From an uncultured Pseudomonadales bacterium (GTDB lineage: Bacteria > Patescibacteriota > Microgenomatia > UBA1400 > CAYXSR01), in contig CAYSEI010000004.1 of assembly GCA_964430265.1 (NCBI GenBank), forward strand, positions 45,872 through 109,871: a stretch of 64,000 bases of DNA, written 5' to 3'. Below are positions 59,337 to 64,000 of this stretch, one piece after another. Within the stretch, counting starts at the first letter, position 1; every line of letters begins with the position of its first letter. A program made the position numbers and the translations under genes. The notes under the pieces are model-generated. The model did not search any database, was not told where the DNA came from, and was given only the letters and a program-made list of their open reading frames with translations.

Positions 59337-60797
59337 ATGAAAAAAAGATATATATTTCTGCTTGCACTAATTACTCTTCTTGGTTTTTGGTTGCGTTTTA
59401 ATTCAGTTTTTGAAACGGCAATCTATAATGGGGATGAAGGCAGAGATTATTTAAATGCATACCGAATTTGGAATGGTAAGTTAACTCTTTTGGGTCCAGC
59501 TATTTCTACTGTAAGATTTTTTCTGCCTCCTACATGGTATTATTTAGTTTCCATTCCTCTAAAAATCGGCGGTTGGAAAATAGAGGCCGCTCTACTTTTT
59601 ATTAACCTTCTTTATGCAGCCGGAACAGTTATCTACTATTTGCTGGGAAAAGAAGCCACTAATAAGGAAATTGGAGGAATAATATCTGCTGCTCTTTTTA
59701 CATTTTCTCCTTATATGACTAAAGCAGGCAGGTTTACAGGCAACCATATTGTAATTCCTGTTTTTACAGCTGCTTATTTATTGTTTTTAGTCCGTTATTG
59801 GGAAAATAAAAGGAAAAAGGATCTTTTATTAAGTTCTATTCTTTTGGGATTTACTTTTTCATTTCATTTTTCCATGTACTTATTTGTCATAATACAGATG
59901 GGGTTTCTTTTGTATTATTGGCTAAAACAAAAAATTATTAATTGGCAAGAATATATTTTAAATAACATTTCATTGTTTTTCTTCTGGCTGCCCATATTAA
60001 TTTTTGATCTCAGGCACGGATTTATTAATGTAAAGGGATTCTGGTATTACATGAATGAAGGCAGAACAGACCAGTTAAGAGAAACTGTGGGGCAGGGGGC
60101 TTGGTCTGTTAAGAACAACTTACAAGTAGTTGCAGATATTTTTCAGCAATATTTTAGAATAGGGGAAATATGGCCCTGGATTTATTTAATATTGGGAATT
60201 ATTGGACTTTTTCTGGTTATTAAAAAGAATGATAAAAAGGTTATAGTTTTAAGAATTCTAGGAATAATTTTTTTGTTTTTTATAAATGTTTTAATTTACA
60301 ACGGGTATATTGCCTACCACTTCTTTTTTGTCATTGTTCCATTTTATTTTCTGCTTATCAGTATTGGTTTATCAAAAATTATTAAAAGCTATATATTCTT
60401 AACTATTTTTCTTTTAATTATTACTCCTTTTTCTTTGATCTCTAAACAAGCTTATGCAAAAAAACCTAAAAGAGTTTTAAAAGTAAAAAAAGTAAGCAAT
60501 ATCATAATTAATGATTTAAAAAATTCACCAGAAAAGAAATACTCAATTTTTCTTAAAAAGAAAGAGGATTTCTGGGCGTTGGCAAAAGAATACAAATATC
60601 TAGTAGAAATAAAGACAAATAAGGAATTAGTTTCTGATCATCATTATGAGAATGCCGAGGTATTATATGTCGTTTCAGAAATAGAGGCTCCTAATCCTAT
60701 GGATTATGCAAATATTGAATTAGAGAATTTTAATCCCAAAGAAATTGTTTGGGAAAAAGAAGTTGATGACTACAAAATATACAAGCTGAAAAATTAA
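59337..60797 (+). CDS. GT-C membrane glycosyltransferase (DxGRD subfamily)
   Basis: LRF...GDEGRD...LLGP...PTWYY, FDLRHGF. Confidence 0.78.
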   Translation: MKKRYIFLLALITLLGFWLRFNSVFETAIYNGDEGRDYLNAYRIWNGKLTLLGPAISTVRFFLPPTWYYLVSIPLKIGGWKIEAALLFINLLYAAGTVIYYLLGKEATNKEIGGIISAALFTFSPYMTKAGRFTGNHIVIPVFTAAYLLFLVRYWENKRKKDLLLSSILLGFTFSFHFSMYLFVIIQMGFLLYYWLKQKIINWQEYILNNISLFFFWLPILIFDLRHGFINVKGFWYYMNEGRTDQLRETVGQGAWSVKNNLQVVADIFQQYFRIGEIWPWIYLILGIIGLFLVIKKNDKKVIVLRILGIIFLFFINVLIYNGYIAYHFFFVIVPFYFLLISIGLSKIIKSYIFLTIFLLIITPFSLISKQAYAKKPKRVLKVKKVSNIIINDLKNSPEKKYSIFLKKKEDFWALAKEYKYLVEIKTNKELVSDHHYENAEVLYVVSEIEAPNPMDYANIELENFNPKEIVWEKEVDDYKIYKLKN

Positions 60798-60841
60798 ATT
60801 TAATAGATATAAGGAAAACAATTTTTAGTATAATTAATTAT

Positions 60842-62089
60842 ATGAAAAAACAAGAAAATAGAGTAATTTTTAAAATATTTATTTTAGGAATTCTATTACG
60901 TCTTATATTAATGCCTTGGTTTGCTCATGGTGATATTATTGCCGTACATAGAAGAGTAGAAACAATTATTTGCGGAAACAGAAGCCTGCTTAGCTATAGT
61001 GCGATAGGTGTCCATTTTATGGAATCTCTGTTTGCTAAAATATATTCTCCTTTTGTTAACTGCTCAATGCTTTCTGGGATTCAGGAGAGTTATTACAATG
61101 CGCCTTTTATCAACAGGATGCTTTTCTTTTTTAAGTTGCCATATCTTTTGTTTGAAATAGGGTATTGGTATTTAATGTGGATTTTTGCAAAAGATAAGGA
61201 TATAAAATGGAGAAAAATATTTGCTTATTTACTTGCATTTAATCCAGTGGTTATTTTTGCTGTCTATATTTTTGGCCGTTTTGAAGCATATAACCTGTTT
61301 CTTTCTGCTGCTATTTTATATTTATTTAAAAAATACGAAAATCAAAAGCTTGATTTTAAAAAAATCTTTTTATTAACAATTCTTTTTGCGGTTTTACTTC
61401 TATTTAGAAAATCATATGCAATAATTTTCCCTGCGCTTTTACTGGCTTTTGGCTTTCCTAAACTGAAAAGCTTGTATGCAATCTTTATTTCAATTGCTGG
61501 ATATTTTCTTTTTAAGCTATTCAATTTCGTATCCGGGCACGGATTTGATTTAACCAAAGAAATTGACTGGCTAAAAACAGGAACGCATACCCAGTATTTC
61601 TTTGATGCAAAAATATATTTAGGTAATGGCAGATTTATTTATCTTTTCTTTTTAGTATTAGGGCTTGTATTTTTATGGTGGTTGTTTAATAGGAAGAAAT
61701 TATTAGAGTTGGGTAGGGTAGAGGTGTTTTCTCTATTTTCCTTTCTTTTGTTTATGACATATTTTACAACCTCAACATTTCATCCCCACTATTTTTCCTG
61801 GGTTATTCCTTTTCTATTAGTTTTAATAATAAAAAAGAAGGATAAAATCCTTTTAAAATCATTTTATTTAATCATTCCTTTTTACATTCTCTACTTTCTT
61901 AATTGGGGTCCGCATATTACTTTTGGGCTTCTTTTCCCAATTTCTCCTGCATTTAGACAAATTAGCCCTGCTTGGTTTCTTCCATTTTTTTCTTTAAGCA
62001 CTTGGGCAGATATTGGCAGGTACACTTTTTCTGGGATTGGGTTTTTAAATATGCTTTATCTAGCAAGAAAATATGCAAAAAATAATTAA
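60842..62089 (+). CDS. GT-C-like membrane protein (GT87/PIG-M-like)
   Basis: LRL...HGD, FKLP, FNPV...GRFE, PHYFSW; polytopic. Confidence 0.55.
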   Translation: MKKQENRVIFKIFILGILLRLILMPWFAHGDIIAVHRRVETIICGNRSLLSYSAIGVHFMESLFAKIYSPFVNCSMLSGIQESYYNAPFINRMLFFFKLPYLLFEIGYWYLMWIFAKDKDIKWRKIFAYLLAFNPVVIFAVYIFGRFEAYNLFLSAAILYLFKKYENQKLDFKKIFLLTILFAVLLLFRKSYAIIFPALLLAFGFPKLKSLYAIFISIAGYFLFKLFNFVSGHGFDLTKEIDWLKTGTHTQYFFDAKIYLGNGRFIYLFFLVLGLVFLWWLFNRKKLLELGRVEVFSLFSFLLFMTYFTTSTFHPHYFSWVIPFLLVLIIKKKDKILLKSFYLIIPFYILYFLNWGPHITFGLLFPISPAFRQISPAWFLPFFSLSTWADIGRYTFSGIGFLNMLYLARKYAKNN

Positions 62090-62651
62090 AACACTTGTTA
62101 TTATTACAGTTTTGTTTTTTAGCAGTATCAAATCTGCTGATGCTTTAATGGAGCAGGTATTGGTTGTTGAGGATCAAGAGAGTAACAAAGTTACTGTTCA
62201 AGCAGGGGAGAAAATAGAACAGGCGTTTGTCATGCCAACTGACAGTTTTGGAATTGTCACAGTTAACTTTATCCTGCCGGAAAGAGAGAGCAAGGTAAAG
62301 GTGGAGTTTAAAATAAAGGAAAAAGGAGAGGATGGATGGATTTTTGAAGGCAGTAATTTTGTGCATGCACTAGACTTTTACCAGGATAACGGGATACCTT
62401 TCCCTTTTGGGTTTCCTACTATCCAAAACGCAAAAGGTATAGAATATGTGTTTGAAATCCAACCGGAGGAAGAAATAACAATTCTTGAAACTAATGGTAA
62501 AATATTTTTTAGTGTAGCCAGAGAAAAACCTGCAAAAGAGTTAGTATTAAATGATTTACAAAGAAAAATTTATGAAGATGGTATTTTTATTTTTATATGG
62601 TTAATAATTTGTACTGTATTTTTATTTAAATATCTGAAATTAAACAAATGA
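62073..62651 (+). CDS. Exported protein with N-terminal signal and C-terminal membrane anchor
   Basis: Hydrophobic N-terminus ending SADA, beta-rich acidic core, C-terminal TM followed by basic residues. Confidence 0.6.
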   Translation: MQKIIKTLVIITVLFFSSIKSADALMEQVLVVEDQESNKVTVQAGEKIEQAFVMPTDSFGIVTVNFILPERESKVKVEFKIKEKGEDGWIFEGSNFVHALDFYQDNGIPFPFGFPTIQNAKGIEYVFEIQPEEEITILETNGKIFFSVAREKPAKELVLNDLQRKIYEDGIFIFIWLIICTVFLFKYLKLNK

Positions 62652-63559
62652 AAAAAGTTTTATTAACCGGCGGAGCCGGATTTATTGGTTCACATATTGC
62701 AGAAACATACCTTAATAAGGGGTATAAAGTTGTTGTAATTGATAATCTTTCTTCAGGTAAGAAGAAAAACATTCCCAGCAAAGCAAAGTTCTATAAAATA
62801 GATATTTTGAATAAAAATATAATAAAGGTGATTAAAGAAGAAAACCCAGACATTATTAATCATCATGCAGCACATATTAATGCTGTTGAAGCTGTTGAAA
62901 AGCCTTTAAAAGACGGGAAAATAAATGTTTTGGGACTTTTAAATATACTAGAGGGTGCAAAAAACACAAATGTAAAAAGAATCATATTTGCTTCAAGTGG
63001 AGGAGCAATATGCGGAGAAACAAAAAAAGCTGCAAACGAGTCTATTTTGCCAAAGCCTTTATCTCCATATGGTATTAACAAACTAATAGGCGAGTTTTAT
63101 ATAAAAAATTTTTCAGATAGATTAAATATACCCAGTATTTGTTTAAGGTATTCAAATGTATACGGACCAAGACAAAGAGCTGATGGAGAAGGCGGAGTAG
63201 TGGCAATATTTACAAAAAATATGCTAAAAAACAAAAAAGTTAAAATATATGGAGATGGAAAACAAACAAGAGATTTTGTCTATGTTAAAGATGTTGCTGA
63301 GGCAAATATATTAGCTACTGAAAGTAACAAACAAGGAATTTTTAATATATCAAAAGGAGAAGATATTTCAGTAAACGATTTATTTAATAAAATAGCAAAA
63401 ATTTGTAATTATAATTTAAAACCAGAATATGCAGAAAAAAGAAAGGGAGATATTAAATACAGCTGTTTGGATAACAAAAAAGCCAAGAATATATTAAATT
63501 GGCAAGCAGAAACTTCCTTAGATAAAGGATTAAGAGAGACAGTTCAATTTTTTAGTTAA
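62648..63559 (+). CDS. NAD-dependent epimerase (UDP-glucose 4-epimerase-like SDR)
   Basis: [52 protein letters not shown]. Confidence 0.88.
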   Translation: MKKVLLTGGAGFIGSHIAETYLNKGYKVVVIDNLSSGKKKNIPSKAKFYKIDILNKNIIKVIKEENPDIINHHAAHINAVEAVEKPLKDGKINVLGLLNILEGAKNTNVKRIIFASSGGAICGETKKAANESILPKPLSPYGINKLIGEFYIKNFSDRLNIPSICLRYSNVYGPRQRADGEGGVVAIFTKNMLKNKKVKIYGDGKQTRDFVYVKDVAEANILATESNKQGIFNISKGEDISVNDLFNKIAKICNYNLKPEYAEKRKGDIKYSCLDNKKAKNILNWQAETSLDKGLRETVQFFS

Positions 63560-63580
63560 ATAATGTTAAGATATTAAAGT

Positions 63581-64000
63581 ATGGATAAAAAACATATTTT
63601 CTTTGCAATTACTGTCGGGTTGGAAACATTTATCTTCTATACCCTATTTATTATCCCTTTTGAATATTTTTTAACCGAAAAGTATCCAATCATGCATTTT
63701 ATCAGTTCTGATTTAAAATCAATTATATTTTTAGTTTTTTTTATTATATTTTTTTCACTTAACTATTCTTTTAAAAAAATAAGATTAAAATCAGAAAAAA
63801 TCATTATTCCTTTAAGCTTGCTTTTTATAATTACTATTTTTGGATTTAAAAAATATACTAGTTTTTATTCAGACTTACGCAAAGGACCACGTATATATGA
63901 AGTTAATGTTGTTAATAACCACAGGCGCTGGGGTATACAAGGAGACAAAATAGAAATTTATGGAACAAATTTCGGTGATATAAAAAAAGGTTCTGTCTAT
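63581..64000 (+). CDS. Membrane protein with probable IPT/TIG domain, partial (runs off window end)
   Basis: Open frame of 140 codons: three hydrophobic segments, then PRIYEV...GDKIEIYGTNFG. Confidence 0.6.
   Translation, partial: MDKKHIFFAITVGLETFIFYTLFIIPFEYFLTEKYPIMHFISSDLKSIIFLVFFIIFFSLNYSFKKIRLKSEKIIIPLSLLFIITIFGFKKYTSFYSDLRKGPRIYEVNVVNNHRRWGIQGDKIEIYGTNFGDIKKGSVY

Noticed and set aside
628-63081. Numerous 60-155 aa ORFs antisense or out of frame within long genes (e.g. 628-936, 2118-2492, 46628-47095, 52460-52864)
   Set aside because: They lie wholly or largely within well-supported genes, show no motifs, and have the composition expected of shadow frames.
1-64000. CRISPR array, tRNA/rRNA, IS/integrase, reverse transcriptase/DGR, alternative genetic code
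   Set aside because: None detected by eye. Intergenic spaces are short, the repeats seen are paralog-derived, and TGA acts as a normal stop at gene junctions.

Overview
AT-rich bacterial window, roughly 30% GC by eye, standard code 11. The gene repertoire resembles Patescibacteria/CPR (Microgenomates-like); this is an inference, as no marker gene is present. After a short RNA-metabolism stretch (partial rtcB, YkuK-type RNase H-like, Nudix, with trmD nearby), almost the whole window is one cell-surface glycan locus. It encodes nucleotide-sugar enzymes (rmlBCD, ugd, gmd plus a catalytically altered gmd paralog, UDP-xylose synthase, GalE-like epimerase), five polyprenyl-phosphate-sugar synthase-type GT2 domains, five other GT2s, two GT4s and one Wzx flippase. 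It also encodes about 21 polytopic GT-C-type membrane glycosyltransferases in several paralog families (DxGRD, DE-x-GYNAYS, YfhO, PTPS-related, MptB-like, PIG-V-like). Embedded in it are an AbrB/Doc toxin-antitoxin pair with a perfect palindromic operator, and a ~5.3 kb block flanked by a degenerate direct repeat. That block carries metK under a variant SAM-I riboswitch and a BcbE/KfoE-like nucleotidyltransferase-kinase module. Also present: an unannotated 54-aa ORF behind a promoter with an A11 tract, and many apparently leaderless promoters. All family calls come from motif recognition by eye, not database searches.
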